Source: Podarcis cretensis (taxonomy: Eukaryota). Taken from it: a DNA stretch of 64,000 nucleotides. Under the pieces are notes generated by a model that saw only the letters and a list, made by a program, of their open reading frames with translations, made no database searches and had not been told where the DNA came from. Each line of letters begins with the position of its first letter. The stretch's first letter is position 1. Below are positions 46,283 to 61,889 of this stretch, piece by piece. The stretch spans positions 15,190,001 to 15,254,000 of the forward strand of contig OX638161.1 in assembly GCA_951804945.1 (NCBI GenBank), read 5' to 3'. The translations under genes and the position numbers were made by a program.

Positions 46283-48569
46283 TTAAATTCTTTCATAGTT
46301 CTCTTCCTTCCTATAAAGCAGTTCTTATAAGGTCTGTTGATGTCTGCCTATAAATCCACAGCTACAAACATCTCATTTAAATCAGAACCATGTAACTAGC
46401 TTTTGGTCTTGTGTTTCTCAAAGAGCAGATCCCCAAGTCATATAGCAAGATGGGTTTTTTAATCTAAGCGTTTCAAGGTCATCTAATGCAAATGAGAAGC
46501 TGAAGTTTTGAACCCTGTTGATGTCAAAATAATCTTAACATAAACCTATATAGGGTTCCTAAGTAATGCTATCCTGGCACTGAAAAGGCTGATTCCTAAT
46601 ACTGTAGTCTTAGACTACAGTAATGGGTATTTAGAATCAAAGCCATAATGTAATACTGAAGTTTAATTCAGCTGTACACCAATGGTTTAGTTAAAGGTTA
46701 GTTCCAGGAAATTATAATGCATTGCTTTACTGATTTTTTTTAATTGTCAGTTTCTCAAGGCACAATGCATAAATATAAAACCATGTTTCTTAAGCTACAA
46801 ACTTTATCACCAGTGGTGGTAGATGGTCACTGGGACTTGTGAGAATCATAGAAATGTAGAGTTGGAAGGTGTTACCAAAGGCAGCAGGAATTGCAACTAA
46901 CCACCCCTGACAGATGGCCATACAACTTCTGCTTTAAAAGGGGCACAACACCAAATGGAGGTGGCACCAACTAATTCTGTTCCCATCCTCCTCTCTGCTG
47001 AGTTCCACAAAGGGAAAACTGAAGCTAAGGGGGAAGCAGATGGCCACAGCCACCCTCTGGAACTGGTTGTAAATGAGAAGGCAGGTGGGCTTGGAGAAAT
47101 CAAGACTGATGGGTGTGCTCTAATGTATCAGCCTTCACTGCTAATTACCCTCATGAATCCAGCAAGGCACAACCAAGTTCTTCCCCAAAGTACAGCAAGC
47201 ACTAAAATTCAAACAGCATAAATTCAAGGCACATTTCTGAATTGTTACATCCTTGCCCTTTGTTGAACTTTTGAGTTGCCTGTATGTATATATCAATCAA
47301 AACTAAATTCACCAAGGAAGGAAAAAATCCCATATCCCAATGAATTCTGTTAAATTATTGGGGTTTTTTTACACGGGAGAACCACATTTTCATGCCAGCA
47401 AAGCCATGCAGTTCTAAGGCAAAGAAATATATCTGGTTTAACTCAACGAAGGAACATATGGATTTGATTGGGGGCAAGGGAAGGAGACTAGGCTATAGGA
47501 GGTTTACCAGGTTGGCTGTGGGAACATACAGAAAACAGATTAAGAACTACACTGACAGCTTCAGAAAGGACAGTGCCAGGAAAGCAAAGGGAAAGTTTTG
47601 ATAACCCATTTTGGATCAGGATCTCAAAATAAATGCATGGTGAAAAAATGACCAGATTTCCCTATGAAATGACTTTTCAGAAGATAAGCACTGCGTTGCT
47701 AATCAAGTAATCCAAAGTAGGTCAGAAGACTATGAACCAAACTACATCATCATTTCCCCAACTTTTTGAAGTTTTCTCCCTTTTTTCCAGCTCCTACTCC
47801 CTACAACCAAACACCTTTTCTACAGTTGAATGTGCAGGTATACTTGTGTGCAGCCTGCTGTAAGATGTGAATTCATGTGCACTGGGTACTAATCCAATCC
47901 TTGCTTTACAAGACTGAAACAGGACATCTCTGATGCCCTCTGATCTACTACATCACTTCTCCCAACTTGCCTGGAATTTCAGCCCCATTAAGGTTATCAT
48001 ATTTCACTTAGGTAATTTGAGATGGAGACAGGTATAAGTGCCTCCTCCTTGCCATTTCTCAAGCAGCTTATGAAGCAAAGCAAAGAAGCCATTGAGCTTC
48101 CATTGCACACATGTAGTTTGGCCCTGTGTTTTCATTTCATTTTGTGTGTGATTTGTTCCAATTTTCAGGAATAGATGAAATGGTCCGACTTTGAAGTGTG
48201 TTGCCTTTCTAACCTTTCTACTTCCCAAAGGGCTAGAGGATCAGGGAAGGCACTGCTGGGGTTTCCTATGCTGTGAAGACCAGTCTAGTAGGGGTCTGAA
48301 GCCAAGAAGCAGACAAAATGTCTCCTTTTTTTAATCTGTTGCCTCTGCCAAGGTTTTGTAAATTGTAGACAGATAGAACTGGAATTAGGACTGGCTCTGC
48401 CTCACACAGAATGGAGCACACAAAGCTATTTTGCATTGTCCTCCCAACTGGAACAATTGGGAGGAAGAACCCATATATGAATACCCTCCAACAACCATAT
48501 GTTTTGTGTTTGGAACATCTAGCATCACAGTTCCGATGTTCAGGGGAGACAGAATTAGAGGCATACTTA

Positions 48570-48812
<243 letters not shown>

Positions 48813-49266
48813 TTAATCTGCCATGTTAAAGACGGTAAATTATGGGGAGTATATTATAGGAAACTTGATTTATTCTTCTTTTGGGATACAAATGATGAGG
48901 ATATCTACTTGAAACACAACCATTAGTGGCATCTCAGTTGTGAAGCCAAACCCAAGCTCCTGAAAATAAAAAACCTATAGCACATATTTACAAAACTCAG
49001 CATCCTATTTCTAATTTGACAAAGGATGTTGAGCTGGACTAGAATAATTCAAGATCTCAAGAAGCAAAACACACCTGCAGCTGAGGTAGCAAACTGAAAA
49101 CAAAACATAAATAATGTTACCCAAAGTATTGCAAAATAACTAACTTATTGTTGCCATGCTGCCTGCAGAGAATAAGGATTATGCAGCATTCTGTAGAACG
49201 GGTACAATTTAGATCTACAATGGTCAGTGTGAAGGTTTCCCTACTAATTTTAAAGACCATAAATTA

Positions 49267-50183
49267 CCATATTTTTTGCTCTATAACACGCACCCAACCA
49301 TAACACACACATAGTTTTTAGAGGAGGAAAACAAGAAAAAAAAATATTCTAAATGAAACAGTGGATGTATGATTTTTGTGGTTCATGCTGTGGCCACAGA
49401 CATGTGATCTGACGGTGAGTTTGGGGTAGCGCAATGCAAAAATCCTGAGGTTCCATGTGGATCCATGCTTTGTAACCACATTTTTGCACCACTGCGGCCC
49501 CAGGCAACAGTGGGTATGTGATTTTTTTGGTGCAAGCTGTAGCCATGGACATGCTATGTGATCTGATGGTGAATTTGGGGTGACCTAGTGCAAAAATCCT
49601 GAGGATCCATGTGGATCCGTGCTTTGTAACCACGTTTTAAGTGGGGAGGGAAGGAAAAGCACTCAACGGACAAGGAACACGCGTGGGGTGGGTGGAGAAG
49701 GATGCTGTTAATAATGCAGAAGAGGGGTATAAGAGGAGAAGGCTCCTCTCCTCTCCCGCTTTGCTCCTTAAAAGCAAGCAGGCTCTGCTTCTCTCCCTCC
49801 TCCCCAGCTTGCTGAAAAACTTTGCTGCTATTTAACCAGCTGAGTGGGGAGGAGAGAGGGACAGAGAGCCTGCTTGCTTTAAAGGAGCCAACCGGACAGG
49901 AGCCGCTTACACTCGTGTAAGCAACTCCTCTCCTCTCCCGCTTTGCTCCTTTAAAGCAAGCAGGCTCTCTGTCCCTCTCTCCTCCCCACTCAGCGGCTCT
50001 TCTCCCGCTTTGCTGTTTCAAAGCGAGCCACAGAGGAGGGAAGGAAGGGGAACCATGGATCCTCTGCTCACGACTGCAGCAGATCCCCCCACCATCCGTA
50101 GGCATTCGCTCCATAACACACACAGACATTTCCCCTTACTTTCTAGGAGGAAAAAAGTGAGTGCTATGGTGCAAAAAATACGG
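49267..50183. mobile_element. Long (917 bp) family 2-related non-autonomous element
   Basis: CC(A/G)TATTTTTTGC TIRs with TA; internal tandem and inverted repeats. Confidence 0.85.
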
Positions 50184-50319
50184 TACATTCAGAGCCTTCA
50201 AAAAGTAAAACGGGCATATTTTAATGTCCATTATTTTAACTTCCAAACACCAATTGTATTGGAACAGTGTTAGAACTAAAAACGTATCACAACAATTTAG
50301 AATATCCATTATGTATATA

Positions 50320-50534
50320 CCGTATTGGCCTGAGTATAAGCCTCTTTTTTTTACAAATTCCGACCGTGAAAAGTTAACGTGCGGCTTAAATTTGCGACCT
50401 TACAAAAATTGGCTTTTACAATATCACTGCTGAAACAGACATACGGTAAAACAGAACGGGTGTGATGTGAGTGCCTGCAGAATTTTAAGGGAGCAGTTTA
50501 TATTCCGGTGAGGCTTATATCTGGGCCAATACGG
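50320..50534. mobile_element. Pogo/Tigger-like MITE
   Basis: TIR CCGTATTGGCC..A.TATAAGCCT; TA flanks. Confidence 0.82.
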
Positions 50535-50921
50535 TAGGTCGTTTAACTGGCAATCAAAGCTGCATCATACAGCTAAGTAGAGTAAAGGATTTAGCTCCAG
50601 CAAGCACAAGTGACATTCTAATATGCTACTATGTTGCAAAAAATGCAGGAATATGTGCTCAAAGGAGGCTGCTAGAATAGAATTGTGGAATGTTAGGAAA
50701 ACTGTCAGAAGTATTTTTTTCGATTGGGCTTTAAAGGCTAGAAACTAAATTGCCTCTTGCCAGCAAATTCAATTCAAGTGGTCCACAAAAAGGTTTTGCA
50801 GCAATCAAAACTATCAGTTCTTGGACCTGCACTACATTTATGTTTTCTGACAAGCTTGAGGCTGTTTTAACCAGGATCAGATTACCCAACAGTTTAACAA
50901 GACCCTGACCTCTCTAAAGTA

Positions 50922-51282
50922 AAGGTAAGGTACCCCTGCCCGTACAGGTCAGTCGTGTCCGACTCTAGGGTTGTGCGTCCATCTCACTTAAGAGGCCGGG
51001 GGCCAGCGCTGTCCGGAGACACTTCCGGGTCACGTGGCCAGCGTGACGAAGCTGCTCTGGCGAGCCGGCACCAGCGCAGCACACAGAAACGCCGTTTACC
51101 TTCCTGCTATAAAGCGGTACCTATTTATCTACTTCAACTTAGGGGTGCTTTCGAACTGCTAGGTGGGCAGGAGCTGCGACCGAAAGACGGGAGCTTACCC
51201 CGCTGCGGGGATTCGAACCGCCGACCATGCGATCGGCAAGCCCTAGGCGCTGAGGTTTTACCCACAGCACCACCCACGTTCC
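50922..51282 (-). mobile_element. Sauria SINE, subfamily B
   Basis: Full length; flanking ctctaaagta repeat. Confidence 0.9.
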
Positions 51283-51496
51283 AGTACTCTAAAGTAGTAC
51301 TGATTTAAACAACTGTGCCAGCAATTTCCAATTGATCAGGACTGAAGACTGAGCAGCCCAAACCTGTTCCTTGTCCCTGGTCCTAGGCACCGATAATCAA
51401 GCTGTGCCTATAAGCTTAGCCTAATCCTTCTGTTTCTTAGATACAGTAGTGAACAGAATATTTGAAACTACTCAATATACTTATTAAGTAGTTTCA

Positions 51497-53446
<1,950 letters not shown>

Positions 53447-53892
53447 TTACATAGATTTTAACCTATTATACTAATCTTTGTTTTTACTTTTGGTATGTCC
53501 CATGGCCAGTGTGTTGTCAGAGCTATTGGTATAATTTCAAATGAAGACTGTGAAAGCCAGAGACATGTATCAAGCTAGAGCACACTAAACTTTTTTTTTT
53601 TTGGGGGGGGGAGGTGTTCAAAACCGATACTTGAGGTCTGCATATAGTTGGCATACCACTTATTTAATGCACATCTTTATATATGAATGATGTGTAATAA
53701 GCTGTTTAAAGTACTTGCCAAAACCACAAACACACTAATAAAAAATGTAAGATTCAGGTTAATATGCATTACTGCCTTCTTGATAATGGCAGCAGAAATT
53801 ACAAGCTTCCACTGATGGCAGATGCAGAATATTCTCAGTGGAACAAGAGCAGTTGGAAAAAGTGAGTAGATGTGTAGGAAATTACTATCCTA

Positions 53893-54039
<147 letters not shown>

Positions 54040-55639
54040 TTATGTATTTGCTAAGAATGTCTGCCTATATTCATATTTACATTTCTATTATTTATAGCTA
54101 TAACATTTGCCACCAAAAAAAATCAACAATATCCTGGAACTGCAGCTTTTAGAGCTGCCTGTGTTCCACAAAGATCTCACACATTAACAGATTGTTTGAG
54201 AGCTGGCATGGAATGTAAAGGCTGAATGTAGGACACTGAGACATTTCACCATCTATAAAAGGGGGAAGAGAATCAAAATCCCTTTAACCTCTTCAATGTG
54301 CTGCTTCCCAAGCTGTCAAAGACCCACTTCACAACCATCATGTTGACTTGAAGCCCAGCAAGTTCTTTTTTTGTTCAGATTATTTATAGTACATTGTACA
54401 CCAAGACATATTATGAGAGCCTGCGGTTCAGACTATTATGAATGACAGCATGTTAAACCTGTCGATGAGTGGAATATACAAATGATTCAATAATTTAACT
54501 TGTCCTCCACACATGCAGACTGCGCATATTTGACTGCATGCAGACTTGAACCACATACAATGTGTTCATCCCTGCTGCAGGCAAACCCCAAGGATAGGTG
54601 TGGGAAACTTTCTGGTTGGTGGGTCAGATCCTTATCTCCCTACCCCTGCTGGGCCAAATCTGACAGGTGAGAAGGTCCACCCACCTGTCACTCACCCATC
54701 ATCGTGATATCAGGTGACACTGAGCTTTGACTTCAAAGCACAGTACAGGACTGTTTGAAAGTCTGTAAATAGCTCCATGCTGCTACATGAACCTCTCAAA
54801 ACAGGAGGTTCGAACAGCAGAGTGGGGCTGTTTGCAAAGGAGCTTTCAAACAGTCCCACACTGCTCCTTGAACCTCTGGTTGTCAGAAGTCGAAGCAGTA
54901 CAGGGATGGAGAAATGATTTCCACTGAAACTGCTGATAAACTGGAGGTCCCACCCACCTGTGTTTTTCAGCAGTTTAGAACTGCTTACCCCTCTCGGAGC
55001 AAGGCTGCCTCTGCCACCCATCAGCTAATGGGCAGTAAAAGCATGTCTTGCTATAGCAAAGGAACAACTGGCAACTCATTTTAAGCTCCCAATTGTTCCT
55101 TTGAAGCCCTGCCCTTACCTGCCTCACACCTGATGTCATGTATGGAGCAGGTAGGCATGGCTTGCTTAAAAAGAGCATGGTGAGCTAAAAGTAAAAGCCT
55201 GGTGAACCAGCTTCCCCACTCCAAGTTGAGGCAGCCCAGCTAAACAAGCTCTTTTAAGATTTTAGACAGCAGGAAGAAAAATGATGTTACTATGTTGTAA
55301 GTAAATCAACTGATAAACAGTGATGTGGTTTAACATAAGATTTTGAATTCAGGTAATTTGTATCAATTTTCTTATGCCCTAGACTGATCTTACTTGCCAT
55401 GTTTATTTTACTTTAATAAACAAAGCTAAAAATGTGAAATTACCAACTTTGCCTAATATTGTATTTGCACAATGCTGTATTTGCATTTGGCTCCCATTCA
55501 TTGCTGCTAATAAATATATGAAATAGAAAATTTCCATGGAAGGATGAAACACTGGGAAAGTTTCCAAATAAAGGATCCATAGATTCAGTGGGCTATACCA
55601 GGATCTCAAGATCATCTAAATTACACCGCTATCCTCTGA

Positions 55640-55880
55640 CATATGCCGTACACTAACCCACTTCTAGTGGTGCTGGCAAATTTCTCCCAAGCCAGGCTCA
55701 GAAGAATATTTCAGGGCACTGGAAAACCCACCGCAAAAGGAAAGGTGTAACTTGTAAAACTCTGTAATTCAACCGTAGTGCCCTCTTTTGTCCAAGTTTC
55801 TTGAAGAAAGATGATATAATGTGTTTGCAGATAGGAACAGAAATCACTGTCTTGGGTCTTGTTCGGCCACCAAAAGGAAA
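55640..55880 (-). mobile_element. LINE AP-endonuclease remnant
   Basis: Peptide HYIIFLQETWTKE matches the non-LTR endonuclease motif. Boundaries approximate. Confidence 0.65.
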
Positions 55881-56145
55881 GGTATGTTTTATAGCAAGTG
55901 TGTAGAAACTTCAGCCCTCTAACTCCAATCATTCATTGCCATTGGCCATGCTTGCTAGAAGTTGTAGCTCAGCAATATCTAGAGGGCCAAAGGTTCCTCA
56001 CACCTATTTTACATACTCCAAACTTCCTCTCCCACTCAAATAAAAATCTGCCCTCCTCTCCACACCCTAAAGCCATCCCTGCTACGCACTCTGAACATTA
56101 CCCTTCCTTCCCACATTCTTCCTTCCCCCCATCAGTGGAAAAACA

Positions 56146-56451
56146 GGTAAAGGTAAAGGGACACCTGACCATTAGGTCCAGTCATGACCGACTCTGGGGT
56201 TGCGGCATACAGCTTCCAGGTCATGACTAAGCCGCTTCTGGCGAACCAGAGCAGTGCACGGAAACACCGTTTACCTTCCCGCCGGAGCAGTACCTATTTA
56301 TCTACTTGCACTTTGACGTGCTTTCGAACTGCTAAGTTGGCAGGAGCAGGGACCGAGCAACAGGAGCTCACCCCATCACAGGGATTCGAACCGCCGACCT
56401 TCTGATCGGCAAGCCCTAGGCTCTATGGTTTAACCCACAGCGCCACCCGTG
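56146..56451 (-). mobile_element. Sauria SINE, subfamily A, internally deleted
   Basis: Head and tail present; imperfect TSD tcagtg(g/a)aaaaaca. Confidence 0.88.
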
Positions 56452-57199
56452 TCAGTGAAAAAACAACAGAAGCACAAATAAATTTTCTCTTCCCTCGCTC
56501 GCTCGCCTCTTCTTTTTCCCTCACTGATGTGGTGCAGTAGATTATACCAAGTGTGATGGAGTGCAGTGAACTATGGAAGATGCAGTTCTTACAGTTCATG
56601 CAACTGCAGGAGCTCTTGAAATAACTACAGCCTCTATTAGACTGAGGGGGGTGAGAAAAGGAAGTAAGTATTTCTTTTCAACTCCCCCACAGCCTCTGCT
56701 GCTCCCACCAATAACATGGGCAGGGGGAGTGTGGTTGGGGTATAGAAGAGGGTATAATAACCCCTTCCTGAGTTCTAAGTTTGGCTCAGGATTTCCACAC
56801 CCACCCAGAACCAATCAGGAAAGCTTCAGAGGGGTCGCTCATTCTCTCATGCTATAAATAGGTGGTAAGAACAGAATGAAGTGGCTGATGCCTGACGGAC
56901 ACCTTTACAATATATGGAACAAATTAAAGCAATATAAATTAAAGAAAGTGAGCATAGCTGCATTCTACATCAAAAAGCAAAGAACTCAATTCTGACACCA
57001 AATATAGAGTCAAGATGGATTCTGAACATGAAAAATAAAAACCCACCATTCACAAATTCTCTCCAAAAAACACATCATGTTTTTTGGACATGTATTGTCA
57101 GTTTGTACCCTTCAGTCCTGTAGAAATTAGCAATTAATGCAATGAAAATAAGCAAACTATTAACCATACAATTTTCTCTTCCTAGTCATATAACAGTTA

Positions 57200-57397
<198 letters not shown>

Positions 57398-58800
57398 TTA
57401 ATATTAAAAATATTATTTATTTTACTGCATTAATTTCATAATTAATTTCCTAAATTGAGAATAAATTGGTTGCAAAGGACCAAAGGCCATCAAGTTCAGC
57501 TAATTGATTCCAGACAGTGCTAGTCGTCCCCACGACTACTGCAAAGGAGCCACATCACGACACACTAAAGAGAGATTACTCAGCCACTTTGACGGGTGGG
57601 GGAGCGGGGACTTTTACTGATCTGAAAAAGGCTACAGCAAAGGTATATAATAGCAACCACAAATATAGCTACATTTTGCTTTAAAACCCTTGAGAGTATT
57701 TCCCCCCAGTTCCAGAGATAATGTTCCCAAATTTAACATACTTCTGTTTTCTAGTTTCTAAGAAAACCAGTAAACAACACTAAATAAAAATTGTTTCCAA
57801 ATTAATCTCTGAGGTAGGAGTAAGTTATTACTTCTGCCGGTTAAAGGGAATTTGTTTTTGAAACTTAACACAATTCAGCAGGATTTTGCATAGTGGAAGA
57901 TAATTTATACTTGTTGGGCTAAATTCTATTATACAACACTTTGTACTATGGGGAATTCTATTTGGATTTCATTTATTACTAAGGCATTCAGTGTGCAATC
58001 AGTTTTACTTGTGTAAATGAATAAAGTATGTCAAAGTGATGTGTTCATCATATGACCCCAATGAAGTAATCCTAATCCACAGTTTTGTATACTGGATGCA
58101 CGAAAGTGTGATGTCCAGGGAAAACATCCAGCAATAGAGTAATGTGTGTAATGCTGCATGCCTAACCCCATGTGGTATACAACACATTCTGTCTCCATGG
58201 GAAATATAAGCTTATAACTGCACTGTGATACCTGATCAAAGTAATTGAAAATGAAAAATGAGTTATGCCTTATGCATTGAATTTTAATTGATGAAATGAT
58301 TGCTTGTTCAGTTTCCATGGCTGTTCATTCACATATATTATCATTTATACAGTACTTTTAATGAACAAAATATTTTACAATTCTCTTTAATGTTTTGAAA
58401 AATGAATTTGAAGTATTTTCTAGTTCTATATTCTAGCATCAAGTCTAACAACCAATACCAACTGCTAAGGAGCTAAAGAGACAAGACTTGTATAAGACCT
58501 AAAGCAGGTTTTACTTCAGGCTTTTAAATCATTTTTTTTCTATCAGAACTAAGTTTACATCACTTTTCCATTAAAAATCCCTCATTTCCCTCACACAAGC
58601 TTTCTTTATTTGTTAAACAAGTGAGAATCAGATATACTTGCCAAACTACTGTACTTGGAGTAGATTACTCCAAGATCTTTCAGAAGATAGTAATCTACCT
58701 TCTGCCCACCTGAGCTAGACAATTCATGGCTAAGTGAGAATACAAAAATGTTTGAAGCAGCTATGGTTGCACAAATTCATTATGGACAATCTGATAAGTA

Positions 58801-59151
58801 AAAGGTAAAGGTACCCCTGCCCGTACGGGCCAGTCTTGCCAGACTCTAGGGTTGTGCGCTCATCTCACTCTATAGGCCGGGAGCCAGCGCTGTCCACAGA
58901 CACTTCCGGGTCACGTGGCCAGCGTGACAAGCTGCATCTGGCGAGCCAGCGCAGCACACAGAACGCCGTTTACCTTCCCGCTGCTAAGCGGCCCCTATTT
59001 ATCCACTTGCACCCGGGGGTGCTTTCGAACTGCTAGGTTGGCAGGCGCTGGGACCAAACGACGGGAGCACACCCCGCCGTGGGGATTCGAACCGCCGACC
59101 ATGCGATCGGCAAGTCCTAGGCGCTGAGGTTTTACCCACAGCGCCACCCGC
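58801..59151 (-). mobile_element. Sauria SINE, subfamily B
   Basis: 12-bp TSD atctgataagta. Confidence 0.92.
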
Positions 59152-60831
59152 ATCTGATAAGTAGTACCTTTTAATATGCAAGTGTTAAACTGAATTTGCT
59201 AAACCTTTTTTTAAATCCCATTTTTTAAAGGATATATTATTTTATTTCCAGATGCAGTCAGAAGAGAGTTAAGATATTGTGTACTACTCTCTCGCTGAAA
59301 GATGGGGCTATTTATTAAATTTATTCCCCATCTATTCTTCCTGAAGAGTACTGAAGGCAGCTAACAACATAAAACCCATTGAGACAATTTTCAATAATTA
59401 AGGATTAGTTATAGAAACCACAGTGCCTATATATACCTATCCGCTTCCAATGATCTTAAGAATTAAAAATGTATTCAAATTCTTCCTGAACATAGCCTTG
59501 CAAAAAGTATGCCTGGTCTTCCTCAGAAGGGTTTCAGAGATGGGGTACTGCCAGAGAAAGCCCTTTTGTGTTTGTACACTGGTAGCCATCCATGGTATGG
59601 AGAAGTATGAACCTTCCTCTCTATATCACAGTTTGTATTTGTCTAGCACTCCATACAATAGGTAGCTTACTAGGACAGTTGATATAGTTGTCAATCTACA
59701 AGAAAGTAAAAGGTACCCCACTAGCTCAAATTAGCTCAAACTAAATGACCATCTAGTTAACAGAGCAAGAAAGCAACAGCCCTGCCACACTGTTGTCCCA
59801 GAAACAGGTATTCAGTCAAACACTGCCTCTGAACCTGGATCATCAATCTACAGGGCTGCATCAGCACATCAAACTAGAGGACATGGCACCACACTAATAC
59901 AGCAATTGGGGGTGTGAAGATAATTTAAAAGAAAGTAAGTCCACTATTCACTGAAAACATTGCATACTTCTACTAGACGCCCAAGCAGTGTTTGGGGGGG
60001 GGGGGAAGGAACTCTTTACCTTTCAGAACAGCTTGAAAGCCCATACACACCACTCTGGAACTCCTTGGAGAACTTGCACATTAATAGAGTTAACTGCCAT
60101 TCAAACATGGGCATATGCTTTTTCACCCAAGTTTTCTTAAAACTTAGCCATCTCTGACATTGTTTTAAATATCAGTCAAATATGTTTAACTTAAAGTTCA
60201 GCTATAATGAGTTATCATGTACTTAGAAGTGAGTGTTGAAATGTAACACATTAGAAGGGGAAGTATTTCATGTAGTCCCATTCCTTCCAAGTTCTTCTGG
60301 ATACGACAAGAGACTGAATATAGACGGCTGCCCTCCTGGATATCATCATACAACACAGATGATAAGGAAATGAGCATTATGAGTACAGAAGGGGTTCCCA
60401 AACTGTGGTCTGCAAGCTGCATTCAGGTGGTCTGCAGCGTGTCTGAATTTGTGGCTGAAGGCGGAAGATGACATAGTCACTCCATACTGATTTTTAATTG
60501 TATTTTTATTTCTTCATTTATTTCTTATATTGTACTTTACTGGACTACAATTTGAACCTGACGGACTTTAAATTATAATCCAATGAATCAAATACAATAT
60601 ATAAGAACTAAAAGAAGCAATAAAGGTAAAAATTAAAAATTCTACATAATCAAGTACAATGTACTGCAATTTCTACAACAGGCATAAAAATAATTGTAGC
60701 CTGCCAAGAATCTCAGGAATTTTCAAGTTGCCCTGGAGGGTGGGAGTTTGGAAACCACGGAACTAGAGTAACATATAAAGAGCATGTCTCTCCCCCCCCC
60801 CGCCCCAACATGATACTTACTTTAATTTATA

Positions 60832-61180
60832 AAAGGAACTCTGACCATTAGGTCGTCGTGACTGGCTCTGGGGTTGCATGCTCATCTCGTTCTATAGGCC
60901 GAGGGAGCCGGCGTTTGTCCGCAGACAGCTTCCGGATCATGAGGCCAGCATGACTAAGCCGCTTCTGGCGAACCAGAGCAGCACACGGAAACGCCGTTTA
61001 CCTTCCCGCCGAAGCGGTCCCTATTTATCTACTTGCACATGACGTGCTTTCGAACTGCTAGGTTGGCAGGAGCAGGGACAGAGCAATGGGAGCTCACCCC
61101 GTTGCGGGAATTTGAACCGCCGACCTTCTGATCGACAAGTCCTAGTCTCTGTGGTTTAACCCACAGTGCCACCAGCGTCC
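60832..61180 (-). mobile_element. Sauria SINE, subfamily A
   Basis: 16-bp TSD cttactttaatttata. Confidence 0.92.
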
Positions 61181-61404
61181 CTTACTTTAATTTATAGTAC
61201 CCTGTTATTACTCAAGTACAGAAACCACATGAGAAGCAGCTCTAATGCATTTCAAATACAGTGTTTATTATCAGGCCAGTAAAATCAAATTGAACCATGC
61301 TAATAGTGTAATGCTAGTAATGCTACATAATGCTTTATTATGAAAACTCTCTAATGTATTTCTAAAAGAAAATTATCTCAAGTTGATAAAAAAACTGACT
61401 GAAC

Positions 61405-61533
61405 CTGCAATTTGTAGCAATCATAGAAGGAGCTGCAACCTGTCATGATAACGTTATTGAACACATCCGTCAGTCTTCCACTGGACTCTGCACTATTCAA
61501 ATAGCGGCTGGTGCCTCTGAATGCTACTTTGGG
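61405..61533 (-). CDS. MEIOC: MEIOC exon 2 (PKVAFRGTSRYLNSAESSGRLTDVFNNVIMTGCSSFYDCYKLQ)
   Basis: tctcag acceptor, CAG|gttcag donor, 129 nt. Confidence 0.93.
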
Positions 61534-61889
61534 CTGAGACAAAAAAGTGGAAAGACAAATTAACCTACATCTAAATTGTTTTACAGATACCAAATTCCCC
61601 CCTATTATACTGAGTTTGAGAGAACCAGTCTATTACATACACACCCCTCCCCAATATATATATATATATGTGAAAGCCAAGGGGGAAAACCGCACAGGTG
61701 CCTTTGACAAATTCTGCTTTTCGGCCGACTGAGAGCCAAACAGGTGTCGCTGTTCTGAAGGCAATCATTTCTCTGCCGAGGAACAACTGAGAAATGGCAG
61801 GCAGATGAGGGGGGAAAGTGTGATGTGAAAACGAAAAAATACACGACTTGGCCAACAGTTGGTTCCACACAACCGGGTGTCCCGGTTCT

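Noticed and set aside
54590-55230. Possible old hAT element with internal palindromic segments
   Set aside because: TIR-like ends are visible but no TSD could be matched, so boundaries are unsupported.
56640-56910. CCAAT (56811) plus TATAAA (56853) on the + strand, antisense to MEIOC; possible LTR or antisense promoter
   Set aside because: No convincing TG...CA boundaries with a TSD; two short motifs alone are not enough.
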